From assembly GCA_000002435.2 (NCBI GenBank), contig CM018793.1: 64,000 nt of DNA; one strand, 5' to 3'. How positions within the stretch are numbered: the first letter of the stretch is position 1; the number at the start of each line of letters is the position of its first letter. Below the pieces are notes generated by a model. It searched no databases. It was not told where the DNA came from and worked only from the letters and a program-made list of their open reading frames with translations. Of this stretch, positions 38,616 to 48,412 are shown one piece after another. The position numbers and the translations under genes are program-made. The DNA comes from Giardia intestinalis. Lineage: Eukaryota.

Positions 38616-40341
38616 CGACAAGTCTCCCCATGAGCGGAAAAGCAATCACTTCTCGGATGGTGCTACTGTTAGTCAGCAGCATAACCAGGCGATCTATGCC
38701 TATCCCTATCCCACCTGTGGGAGGAAGACCGTAATCGAGACACTTACAGAAGTCCTCGTCATACTCCATTGCGTCCATATCCCCGGCAGCCTTGTCTCGT
38801 ATTTGAGCCTGGAAATTCTCCCTCTGAATAATGGGATTATTCAGCTCTGTATAGGCATTAGAGACCTCAAAGCAGCTGATGAAGACCTCGAAGCGTTCAG
38901 CAAGTTCTGGGATAGAACGATGTGGCTTGGCCAAGGGCGACATGAGGACAGGATGGTACATTAAGAATATTGGGTTCGGCGTGAGCGTTTCAAGGTAGCG
39001 CTCCACCAACTTGTCAAGCATCCGGGCAGTTGTCAGAGGAGGCTTGCATTCCAAATCCAGACGCTCCAGTAAGGAAACAAGGAACCCATTGCATTCTTCA
39101 CCATCCAAAGGCCGTGGAAACTTAATGCTCAGCAGCTGCTCAAGAGTCTCAATGATAGGAACACGCCTCCAGGGTCTACTGAAATCTATGTCGTAAGTCT
39201 CTCCCTTGTGCGAAACAAATGTGAGCTTGTAGTGCTTCTTCTCGTCTGGCAAGCGCACATGGTTGTAGGTGATATTGTACCACCTGACCAATCTCGAAAC
39301 AAGGCCCTCAATGAGGTCACACATATCTTCCAGATCATCATACGCGGAATATGCTTCCATCATGGTAAACTCTGGGGAGTGCGTCTGATCAGAACTCTCG
39401 TTGCGGAAGTTCTTGTTTATCTCAAAAACCCTATTAAGCCCTCCAACGACTAAGCGCTTGAGGAACAGCTCGGGAGCAATGCGCAAGTAGACATCATGGC
39501 CAAGGTCGTTGGACTTGCACACGAAGGGCTGGGCTGCTGCTCCGCCGTGGACCGTCTGCAGCATCGGAGTCTCCACTTCAAGGTAATTCCTCTGATCAAT
39601 CATAAAACGCCTGATAAAGTTAATTATGCCCGACCTTTGTACTATCTTCTGCCCAGTATTATTGATTATGAAGTCCAGGTACCTCTGTCTGAAGCGAGCA
39701 TTGATGTCTGTAAGAGCCGACGGGCTGTTCGGTATCATATGTAAGCACGGACTGAGAAGAACCAGTTGCACGGGGATTATAGACAGCTCCCCACTCTTGG
39801 TAGTCGTGGGATACCCCTTCACGCCCACGATGTCGCCTCTATGGAGAGTAGAGACAATAGTGTCCCAGTCGAATTCCAACTTGACACGAGAGTCCTCTTT
39901 CGGGACATGAGCAAAGATCTGGAGCCTGTCATTATCTCCGTGGATAGTGTAGAATACGAGTTTTGCGCCAGATGTCCGGATGCTATGGATCCTTCCGGCA
40001 ACAGAGACCTGCTCCTCAGCCATTTCTCCTAAACTGCACTTCCCCTCATAACGCCTGCGGAACTCAGCAAGGGTCATCTCGACGACGAACTTGTGAGGCC
40101 ACGGATTCAATCTCCCGGACTTTTGAAGTGCAAGAAGCTCATTCTTTCTGTTCTCAAAATACTTTGTGGGATCTATCTCCTCAGGTGCACCTTCCACTGG
40201 CTCTGATCCCGATCCCGCGGCCTTAGCGGGAGGCGCAGGGCCCTTGGTCTCTTTTTCGCGAAGCTTCTGTCGTCGCTTCAGCTCGTTCTTCGAGACATAC
40301 TCTCCTGTCACTTCATCAAGGTGGCGTTTCTGCGAATCCAT
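38611..40341 (-). CDS. Lysyl-tRNA synthetase (class II).
   Basis: OB-fold anticodon-binding N-domain. Class II motifs: YLRIAPELFLKRLVVGG, FRNESSDQTHSPEFTMME (motif 2), GGIGIGIDRLVMLL (motif 3). ATG at 40341. Confidence 0.9.
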   Translation of the reverse strand: MDSQKRHLDEVTGEYVSKNELKRRQKLREKETKGPAPPAKAAGSGSEPVEGAPEEIDPTKYFENRKNELLALQKSGRLNPWPHKFVVEMTLAEFRRRYEGKCSLGEMAEEQVSVAGRIHSIRTSGAKLVFYTIHGDNDRLQIFAHVPKEDSRVKLEFDWDTIVSTLHRGDIVGVKGYPTTTKSGELSIIPVQLVLLSPCLHMIPNSPSALTDINARFRQRYLDFIINNTGQKIVQRSGIINFIRRFMIDQRNYLEVETPMLQTVHGGAAAQPFVCKSNDLGHDVYLRIAPELFLKRLVVGGLNRVFEINKNFRNESSDQTHSPEFTMMEAYSAYDDLEDMCDLIEGLVSRLVRWYNITYNHVRLPDEKKHYKLTFVSHKGETYDIDFSRPWRRVPIIETLEQLLSIKFPRPLDGEECNGFLVSLLERLDLECKPPLTTARMLDKLVERYLETLTPNPIFLMYHPVLMSPLAKPHRSIPELAERFEVFISCFEVSNAYTELNNPIIQRENFQAQIRDKAAGDMDAMEYDEDFCKCLDYGLPPTGGIGIGIDRLVMLLTNSSTIREVIAFPLMGRLVE

Positions 40342-40528
40342 GGCCTTTCGGGTCTTTTATTATTTCAGTTCTATTTTAATTATTTTGGACCTTTGCAACC
40401 TTGCAATGATCTCCTGGAATCTTTGTTTACAACTTGTAAAGAGCAATCCCACAAGTGGAGTGACACAACCGTCATTGGCTCCATACTAGCGTACCGGAGC
40501 TAGAATTAGACTGGAGCACATTATCGTC

Positions 40529-43500
40529 TTACTTGTATTTGTAATCGCTGAAAAGATCTATCAGCGACGCCCTTACCTGGGGAGGAACACGTGGGCTGCA
40601 ATTCTGGGCGTAGTACTTGGGGCCTCTACCAATGCTATCCTTCATACCACCTTCAAAAGGGAGAAGGATGGTTGCCGCTTTGAGCCGGCCATGGTAACAG
40701 GCGAGAATTAGAGCCGTGAACTTCGATGGCAAACGCTCGTGCCAGCGACCGACAAATCCTGCCTCGTCTTCTACTAACAAGTTGACTAGATTGTTATTGC
40801 CCATTACAACTGCATACATCAGAGCCGTGAACCCATTCCTGTCTTGAATCCTTGTCTCTGCTGTCGCGAGAATTCGTGCACAGAATGTCCTCTTCTGCTC
40901 AACTGCATGCATCAGTGCAGTCTTCCCGGACCAATCCTGAACGCGACCCTGGAGGGGAATCAAGCACCACACGGTAAGCGGATTGTTCTCGGTCACCGCA
41001 GTCATAAGGTCAGTGTGGCGTCTCGTTGTGACTTTGATGCCGTTGCCTATATCGATTCCCTCAAGAGACCTAAGTATAGCTGCCGTAGCGTAATTCCCCT
41101 TGTAAAGGGCAATCTCCAATGCGGTGAGGTTCTCTGGACCGCGAATATTTGCTTCAAGAGGGCCCAGTTTTTCAGCAATCTGTGCCCTATCAAGATACGC
41201 TGCAAGCATGAGGGCTGTGGCACCGTCAGATCTTGTTTTACGCACATACATCAGGTTCTTATCTACTTCGCTGATTTTATCGTTCAAAACAGCTCGCATC
41301 AAAGGAGTTACGTTAGTATATATGCCATCAATAAGATTGAGACAAAATGAAGCGGTGCTCGTCGTCGTCGACGTCATGCTAGAGCCTGGCTCTAGATCTT
41401 GCGTTGTCATTCTTCTGTCTCTCTCGTCTTGGAGAGCAGCCAAGTAGCTGTCCTCTTCGTCTCCCGGCACATAGTCGCGCATGTCAAACGGATTCCGACG
41501 TCCGGATTGGTCGCTTTTCTCCTGCCTTACGCTGCTTCCCCGTCTGCTCGAGATCTTCTTGCATAGTTCATCAGTTATAGAGCCAGAATATGAAGTTGCC
41601 CTATCGTCGAGATTACCTCCAGATGCATACACGTGGCTGTCGCCCTCTCCTCGGAGGCTTGCTGGCCGCGTTGACTGTGTTGACAAAGGAGCTTGGGGAC
41701 CTTTAGTCTGCACATTTGTGCACGCTTCAATCTCCTTTTGTTCTGGTTGAATTTCGTACAAAGAATCGTGATTTGCTCTATGTGCATAAGCTGGCCGAGC
41801 CTCCAACATGGCCTTTTCGGCCAAGATATCTGCATATTTCTTTTCCTGCTCTTTTAGCAGCTCCCTTAAGTCAATGATCTCGGATGCCAACTTGCCTGCC
41901 TCGGCGCTCAAAACCACATTGCTGGACTGAAGATCCATGCACTTCTTCTCGAGGTCATCATTGCTATTTTGCAAGCGTGTGAGTTCTTTTTCAAGCTCGT
42001 CATCTGCCGGAAGATGACTCACGGCGCCTGTTCTAAGATTAATAGTGCTAATTTCATGCACTAGATTCTTATTAGGGTCATCGTCTGCGGGATCATCTCT
42101 ATCGTATGCCTTTTGATGAGATAGAATATCGTCTATTTCATCGGGGCTAAAATTCAGCTTAATCAAAAGCTCATGGTATGAATTAGAGTTTCTTATAATG
42201 TCGTATATATCGTCCATCTTCGGAGATGGCTGCTGGTTGTTATCATTGAATCCTAAAACGCTTACTGGAGAGCCACACTCGCCAGGTCTTGGTGAAGAGG
42301 TCATGCGGCCTCGAAGCTCCAAGATATCATTGGAAAGCGTACTTTCTTTTGCAAGAGATTCATCCAGCCTATCTTTGAGCTCCTCTATCTCTGAGGTCAT
42401 GTGATCTATTGTGTCGCGGCAAACAGTAAGCTCTGAGACCAGCTGGGATTTTTCATCACGTTCTTCTCTAAGCTGCTCGAGGATGACCTGCTTGTCGTCG
42501 AGGGCCTCCTGAAGCTCCAGCTGCACCTTATTAAGCTTTATCTGGACAACAGATGCATTTATTTCCGTAAATTCATTAGATTTAGTGCCCGGGAGTGGAG
42601 GAAGCTTTGCAGTGGGCGGTTCCCTATATCTGATATCTTGATCAGTCCCTATGTCAAATGACATGACGTACTCGCGACCCTCGCTGGCCATTTGATTAGA
42701 CCCTGCAGATTCTCCCTTAGTGCCATAATGCGACTCTGGAAACGAGAAAGACGTGTTAGAGATAGTCATATCAACTTCAATTTCATGGTTTGTCTCACTC
42801 AAATCGTATTTGTTTGAAGCGATTTGTGGCCTTACGCTTTCCATGCTGGGTCCCATAGTCATGCTCATTTTAAGCTGAGACTGACGCAGGTCATATAGCT
42901 CTTGCCGCAGGGTTTTAATTTGCTCGTCTCTTGTTGCCAGCTGCCTCGTTAGTGCTTCAACTTCAGCCTGCAAGGACAAGTTTTCTGTTTCAAGGCGCTC
43001 CTCTAAGCCTGGAACAACAGTGCAACCAGGGGTAGGGCTTCTCATTTCAACCATTTCAATCGAGCTACTGTGCGATGTGTCCGGGCAATTGCTCCCCACG
43101 TCGTCCACATTATTACATGGCCCATCAGTGTCAGCATCAATAGGCACAATACTTTGGGGTCTCCCAGTGGATGATTGCTCAGGGACACTCATGCTTCGCT
43201 TCAAGTCGTTGTATACCTGCTCTGCGCTATCCTTATTGTTGCGTAAAAACTCCAAGATTTGCTCCACAGTGAGCTCTTCTGTGACGCCCTCGTTCTTTGC
43301 TGCATCAGGCAGCACTTTGCTGGATTGACCCTGCTCTATGTCATCCAAGGACATACGCAGTTGCTTGTTCCTTAGCTCAAGGCTGGACACCTGCAACTCA
43401 AGGCTTGAACACTTGTCTTGCAACCGTCGTATGTCTGCATCTGGTGTAGTTGGAGTAGTAAACGAGTTGTCAAGATTGGAAAACTTATTCTCCCATGAGC

Positions 43501-44539
43501 GACAACTCTGTTCTTTCAGTAGATTCTGAAGCCGCTGTATTTCATACGTTGCAGTGTAGAGCTGAGACCGCAAGTTCGCTATCTCCTCCCCCTTCCGACC
43601 GATATCCCGCCTTGTCGGTGAGCTCGAATTGAAGATAGAGGCGCCACCCTGCTGAAGATTTGCATGCAGTTCTCCAGTTTGTATAGAACGTACATCAATA
43701 GATGTGTCCGATACAACAAGATCATTTTTCGAATCTAAGTCCCACGGAGTGTCAGTTCCTGGAGGACTGGCATATACGCTGTAAGGATACATACTGTCCA
43801 CTGTTGCATGCTGGTGGTCGTCTGAGCTGACGTTAGCGCTACAACAAGCTTCGTTGACCCTAGTGTCATCATACGAAACGTGGTCAATGGAAGTAGGCTC
43901 CCCTCCTTTAGATATGCTTCGTTCTAGTGCAGCTGCGCTACGACACTCTCTTATGACATCGTTGATAGAATCAGACCCGACGATTTCTTGAAGTAGACCG
44001 TTCAAGAAGTCTAGCATCTGCACATCCCCCTGGGTAGTCGCCATATCGATACAACTTACTAGTTCTTTTTTGGTTGGGGGGAAAGCTCGTACAAGTATGG
44101 TTGCACACTGTATATGCCCGCTTAGGGCGGCGTAAAAGAGAGCGGTATGTCCTTCAGAATCAGTGTCGTCACCAATATGATCAACCAAAACACGCAGCGC
44201 GTCATTGCTTCCAGTATCTGCTGCAACCATAAGAGCATTAACGCCCGTGTCAGTCGTGATTCCGCTCTCCAAAGGTGCAAGCAAACGACACAAATCCGTA
44301 TTATTTGAGCCCGCGGCTAACATCAGCGCGGTGTGTCCAGTTGGCGTCGTCATCTTGGACTCTACCTCTGCAAGAATATGGGCGGCAGCCAGGTTTCCAG
44401 CCCTAACAGCAACCATCAGTGCTGTCTCGCCCTTGCTGTCCAGAGCACGCTGAAAGTCGTTTAGGTTCATCTGTAAGACAACGCAGTCGTCTTCATTGGC
44501 AGCCTGAAACCATTGGCTCCTAGTAATCTCGGGCTCCAT
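40529..44539 (-). CDS. Large ankyrin-repeat / coiled-coil protein ('Protein 21.1'-like).
   Basis: N- and C-terminal ankyrin repeats (ETALMVAVRAGNLAAAHIL, HTALMLAAGSNNTDLCRLL; C-term ATALMLAAYLDRAQIAEKL, KTALMHAVEQKRTFCARIL, FTALMYAVVMGNNNLVNLL) flank long coiled coils. Track start 44584 is GTG; the first ATG is at 44539 (MEPEITRSQWF), preceded by an AT-rich tract. Confidence 0.7.
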   Translation of the reverse strand: MEPEITRSQWFQAANEDDCVVLQMNLNDFQRALDSKGETALMVAVRAGNLAAAHILAEVESKMTTPTGHTALMLAAGSNNTDLCRLLAPLESGITTDTGVNALMVAADTGSNDALRVLVDHIGDDTDSEGHTALFYAALSGHIQCATILVRAFPPTKKELVSCIDMATTQGDVQMLDFLNGLLQEIVGSDSINDVIRECRSAAALERSISKGGEPTSIDHVSYDDTRVNEACCSANVSSDDHQHATVDSMYPYSVYASPPGTDTPWDLDSKNDLVVSDTSIDVRSIQTGELHANLQQGGASIFNSSSPTRRDIGRKGEEIANLRSQLYTATYEIQRLQNLLKEQSCRSWENKFSNLDNSFTTPTTPDADIRRLQDKCSSLELQVSSLELRNKQLRMSLDDIEQGQSSKVLPDAAKNEGVTEELTVEQILEFLRNNKDSAEQVYNDLKRSMSVPEQSSTGRPQSIVPIDADTDGPCNNVDDVGSNCPDTSHSSSIEMVEMRSPTPGCTVVPGLEERLETENLSLQAEVEALTRQLATRDEQIKTLRQELYDLRQSQLKMSMTMGPSMESVRPQIASNKYDLSETNHEIEVDMTISNTSFSFPESHYGTKGESAGSNQMASEGREYVMSFDIGTDQDIRYREPPTAKLPPLPGTKSNEFTEINASVVQIKLNKVQLELQEALDDKQVILEQLREERDEKSQLVSELTVCRDTIDHMTSEIEELKDRLDESLAKESTLSNDILELRGRMTSSPRPGECGSPVSVLGFNDNNQQPSPKMDDIYDIIRNSNSYHELLIKLNFSPDEIDDILSHQKAYDRDDPADDDPNKNLVHEISTINLRTGAVSHLPADDELEKELTRLQNSNDDLEKKCMDLQSSNVVLSAEAGKLASEIIDLRELLKEQEKKYADILAEKAMLEARPAYAHRANHDSLYEIQPEQKEIEACTNVQTKGPQAPLSTQSTRPASLRGEGDSHVYASGGNLDDRATSYSGSITDELCKKISSRRGSSVRQEKSDQSGRRNPFDMRDYVPGDEEDSYLAALQDERDRRMTTQDLEPGSSMTSTTTSTASFCLNLIDGIYTNVTPLMRAVLNDKISEVDKNLMYVRKTRSDGATALMLAAYLDRAQIAEKLGPLEANIRGPENLTALEIALYKGNYATAAILRSLEGIDIGNGIKVTTRRHTDLMTAVTENNPLTVWCLIPLQGRVQDWSGKTALMHAVEQKRTFCARILATAETRIQDRNGFTALMYAVVMGNNNLVNLLVEDEAGFVGRWHERLPSKFTALILACYHGRLKAATILLPFEGGMKDSIGRGPKYYAQNCSPRVPPQVRASLIDLFSDYKYK

Positions 44540-44588
44540 TCCAGGAATCGGGAATAATCTATTTTGTTTTTTGGACGCGGACACTCCT

Positions 44589-46511
44589 ATGCCTATTATG
44601 TCGGGGTCTATGCTCGGCGATCGCTATGAGATCATTTCCAGGCTGGGCGTCGGATCCTTCGGTGTAGTGTATAAAGTAAAAAGGCTTTCTGATGAGAGAA
44701 TTGTAGCGGTCAAAGAGGTTCGTTTAGAATCCTTCGCCAGTAATAAGCCTAGTGTGGAAGGTGAGTTCTCCATTTTCCCGCACCTCACCCACCCTCATAT
44801 TGCTACGTACTATTTGCAAACGTATGATGCAACAACGAACTGCTATCTAATAGAAATGGAGTGCTATGATAGAGGCAATTTAAAGGCATACATTCAGGAG
44901 TACAGGCGTAACAAGATAGATATCCCCGAGGAGGAAATCTGGAGGTTTTCATCCGAGATCCTTTTGGCTCTGGATTATCTCCACACCGATGATCATCAAA
45001 ATAAGACTAAAGGTGTTATCATTCATAGGGATATCAAGCCAGAAAACATACTTCTTACACAAGATAACCACGTAAAGCTATGTGATTTTGGAGCCTCTCG
45101 TCTTCTGAAACCCTCCGCGATGGCAGACTCTGTCGTGGGCTCTCCATTATTTATGGCCCCAGAGGTTGCATATCATAAGGGTTATCGCGAACCAGTTGAC
45201 ATCTGGTCTCTTGGCTGCGTCATAGTTAATATGTGCACGCGGATGGCGCCCCAAGTAATTAGGAATAAATCCTATGATCAGCTCCTTGACGTACGCCCTA
45301 ATATTCCAGAGATATACTCACGGGACCTTGCTGATTTTATTGCCTCTTGTCTCAAGATAGATCCGTCCCATCGGATAACCGTGCCACAGGCTTTGAGGCA
45401 TCCCCGTATCATAACTCATTTACACAAGGATAGCCTCATTGCCTCTCTCGTACCCCATAACGACAAAGGTGATACAATTAAGGCACATCCATCACTCCCA
45501 GACACCACACGATCGACCTCCGGTATCAGAAGTCAACGATATTCTCAGGTATGCAACGGGTCTTCTGTAAAGAGTACTTTGGGTACAATTTCTGTCTGTT
45601 CCTTTGAGGCTGATGTGCGGCCACTTAGCGTGTCTGGATTCTTAGTTAATACATCCGCTCTACCCAGTGAAAGTACTGCTCCTCCACGCAGCAACACATC
45701 CACAGCACCTCCTCGTATACGTAGATACTTGGAGGATTCTGAGCTTAGCCGCTCCTCCGTCTCTAGGGCCCCTTACCAAAGCACTCATTACACACCTATA
45801 AAGCTCGCTACAAGCGCAGAGTACAACAGCTTTGCTGCCACTTTGAAGGACGGGACGACAGGTCTTATGTTGGCAGCTATGGCTAACGATATTGATGCTT
45901 TTCATGACCTCTTACCCATCCAAGCAAGAATGCAGGACAAGCGAGGAAGAACAGCCTTAATGCGAGCTGCAGAATACGGTCATATAGATGCCATTGTAAT
46001 TCTCTCTCCATTGGAAAGTAGGCAGACTGATGTCGATGCTCATACAGCACTAATGTACTCGGCAAAATTTGGCAAAGTGCATTGCATCAGTTTGCTCCTC
46101 CAAGCAGAGGGAAGATGCAGAAAGCGAAACGGGTGGACAGCATTAATGACCGCTATAGAAACAGGGAATTTGGAGATTGTTTCACTGCTTAAACCAAAGG
46201 AAGAAGATATTTCCATGATGGACGGCACAACCCCACTTATGGTTGCGGCCAAGGTGGGGAACGTCGCATGTCTTCAGATGCTCATTGACGCAGGAGCCGG
46301 AAAGGTAGACGAATCTGGCTTCTTTGCGCTACTTTGGGCCATCGTCTGCAATAATCCACCATGCGTTTCTTTTCTCCTTCCTTATGAGCTACACATGGCA
46401 GACAAAAACGGTAAAACAGCCTATCAATGGGCAAAAGACAAGAAAAAGAAGGAATGCCTTATACTTATCGAAGAATATTGCAGGGCCAAAGGAGTGAATT
46501 TGCAGTATTAG
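44589..46511 (+). CDS. NEK-family Ser/Thr kinase with C-terminal ankyrin repeats.
   Basis: Track start 44571 is TTG; the first ATG is at 44589. LGVGSFGVVYKV, AVKEV, HRDIKPENILL, DFGASR, FMAPEV, then ankyrin repeats (TTGLMLAAMANDIDAFHDLL, RTALMRAAEYGHIDAIVIL, etc.). A 49-bp AT-rich divergent promoter is shared with the upstream gene. Confidence 0.8.
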   Translation: MPIMSGSMLGDRYEIISRLGVGSFGVVYKVKRLSDERIVAVKEVRLESFASNKPSVEGEFSIFPHLTHPHIATYYLQTYDATTNCYLIEMECYDRGNLKAYIQEYRRNKIDIPEEEIWRFSSEILLALDYLHTDDHQNKTKGVIIHRDIKPENILLTQDNHVKLCDFGASRLLKPSAMADSVVGSPLFMAPEVAYHKGYREPVDIWSLGCVIVNMCTRMAPQVIRNKSYDQLLDVRPNIPEIYSRDLADFIASCLKIDPSHRITVPQALRHPRIITHLHKDSLIASLVPHNDKGDTIKAHPSLPDTTRSTSGIRSQRYSQVCNGSSVKSTLGTISVCSFEADVRPLSVSGFLVNTSALPSESTAPPRSNTSTAPPRIRRYLEDSELSRSSVSRAPYQSTHYTPIKLATSAEYNSFAATLKDGTTGLMLAAMANDIDAFHDLLPIQARMQDKRGRTALMRAAEYGHIDAIVILSPLESRQTDVDAHTALMYSAKFGKVHCISLLLQAEGRCRKRNGWTALMTAIETGNLEIVSLLKPKEEDISMMDGTTPLMVAAKVGNVACLQMLIDAGAGKVDESGFFALLWAIVCNNPPCVSFLLPYELHMADKNGKTAYQWAKDKKKKECLILIEEYCRAKGVNLQY

Positions 46512-46535
46512 CGTTATGCGTGCTTCTTCAGTTAT

Positions 46536-48398
46536 ATGAAATTAATTTCTATGCAAGGCCATAGTGTTGAGCTAGAGCTGCAAAAGCAGGCCATGAGCGC
46601 CGATTCATTAAATGCATTGGGACTGTCAGCTGGAAACGCGTTGTGCAGGTCTCCAAAAGTAACATCTAGGCCTCTAAAGATCTTATTCAGCTACCCGACT
46701 CGGGAGCTAGCAAAGGACGCACTAGAGTTTTTTAACGGCTTCACGGTCATTCTCCGGGGACAAAAGATAACATTTTCTGCTTCACATTTGGCTTGTGTCA
46801 ATCACTCAGGAGAGAATAGTGCAAACAGCCTTAAGTATTCAATTTTACTGACAGAAGAGCGTAACGTGTGTGCTAGTTGTTCATGTGTTGAGCAGAAGCA
46901 CGTTAGCAGAGCAAATATTCGGAGCAGAAGTCCCTCTACACAGCTTGCCTCAACACTAAGGTCTGAATATCAATCAGAATACCTGATCCCTTCTCAAGGT
47001 GTACAACCAACTGTGACGCTCTCTGCGAATCACGTTACCAGGGAAACTGCAGAATTAAATGACGCGACATCTAAGGTATCAGAGACTAACGCTATGCTCA
47101 CAAATCGACTCTCTAGCTTAAACCTCTTCGCTCCCCTTTCAACCAAATCACCAGACCTTACACACCTACATGTTAATAATTCAGTTAGCATTGCAGAGTC
47201 GTACTGTGCTCCAGACACAGATACTAAGTATCATATTGTGATATCTAACATCCCAACGGACACATTATCACCAGATATTGTGAAGATTTGTCGGAGTCAG
47301 GGGTTCTTCCCCCTTGAGGAGGCACCTGTTATATTTGAGGCCAATTTGGAAACAAACAGCAATCAGGTATACATGGTTCAAAGATCCATGACTGTCTCCT
47401 TCTCAGATCTTGCCACAGCGATGCTCTGTAAGGATTTCCTTAATCAATATGTTATTGATCAAGATTCTGGTGTAAAACTCTTTGCAAAGCTGGTAGATAA
47501 ACTCTCCGAACAAAAAGTGCATGCCACAGGGGTGTTGGTACGGCACATACCTCGCATAGTTCAGCAGGATGTCTTTTTCAGTGCCATGTCGTCGTTCGGT
47601 GGAATTCTTAGCTGTAGGTTTGTCCGTGGAACACGCACAACCACTGGTTTTGGTGCTGTCATTTTTGAGGCTAGCGTTGCTGCTATTGCGGCTAAAAAGC
47701 AAGGCCTTACTAAGATCAAGGAGTTCACGCTTCAGTACATAGAGGCTAAACGCCTTACTAAGACCCAACAAGGGTCATTGATAAAAAGCCAATCGTGCCG
47801 AAACGAGCTTCAGCAGCAGCCGGATTCTGTAGCTACCGATAAACCGCTAAAGAACAGCGTAAGCTTTGGGGCCGTGTCATATGCAGACCCCGCGGCTCCG
47901 CAGCCTCTTGTTATGTCATTGAGCAACAACAGTGATGATAGTACTACTGATGTCATACGTGCAGTTGTTGAAGCAAATAATAGATTGATATTATCTAGAA
48001 AAAAAGAGCCAAAAGTGTCCCACGCAGAATCCGCGCATCTCGATCCTCAGATCAGTAAGCTTGACCTGCTTTATACAGCTATACACAATCACCACCTACC
48101 AGAAGAATTCTTTAAGAAGTATGACACACTTATTCGTCAGGCCGGTGCAGATGATCGACTCCTTTCATTTCTTCATCAGAATGCCATCCTTCATAGAGTA
48201 GTCGCAAGCCATCGAGTGCACAGTAGTGTGGCCAATCCATCACTCAGCGAGTACCCAGCTTGCTTAGATGGCGACGTGACTCAAGTCACCGATAACACGC
48301 TTAGGCCTGAAATTAACTGCACTAATGGTATTGAGCTTGATGCACGGGAGCTCGAGCTAGATATTACTAGCGAACTTACCGCGACTACCGATTCATGA
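46536..48398 (+). CDS. Hypothetical protein with degenerate RRM-like modules (putative RNA-binding protein).
   Basis: 620 aa with ATG at 46536. RNP2-like VLVRHIPRIV and RNP1-like TGFGAVIFE. Earlier units are weaker (HIVISNIPTD...; ...FNGFTVILRGQKITFSAS). Confidence 0.5.
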   Translation: MKLISMQGHSVELELQKQAMSADSLNALGLSAGNALCRSPKVTSRPLKILFSYPTRELAKDALEFFNGFTVILRGQKITFSASHLACVNHSGENSANSLKYSILLTEERNVCASCSCVEQKHVSRANIRSRSPSTQLASTLRSEYQSEYLIPSQGVQPTVTLSANHVTRETAELNDATSKVSETNAMLTNRLSSLNLFAPLSTKSPDLTHLHVNNSVSIAESYCAPDTDTKYHIVISNIPTDTLSPDIVKICRSQGFFPLEEAPVIFEANLETNSNQVYMVQRSMTVSFSDLATAMLCKDFLNQYVIDQDSGVKLFAKLVDKLSEQKVHATGVLVRHIPRIVQQDVFFSAMSSFGGILSCRFVRGTRTTTGFGAVIFEASVAAIAAKKQGLTKIKEFTLQYIEAKRLTKTQQGSLIKSQSCRNELQQQPDSVATDKPLKNSVSFGAVSYADPAAPQPLVMSLSNNSDDSTTDVIRAVVEANNRLILSRKKEPKVSHAESAHLDPQISKLDLLYTAIHNHHLPEEFFKKYDTLIRQAGADDRLLSFLHQNAILHRVVASHRVHSSVANPSLSEYPACLDGDVTQVTDNTLRPEINCTNGIELDARELELDITSELTATTDS

Positions 48399-48412
48399 AG
48401 GGATACAGGCCT

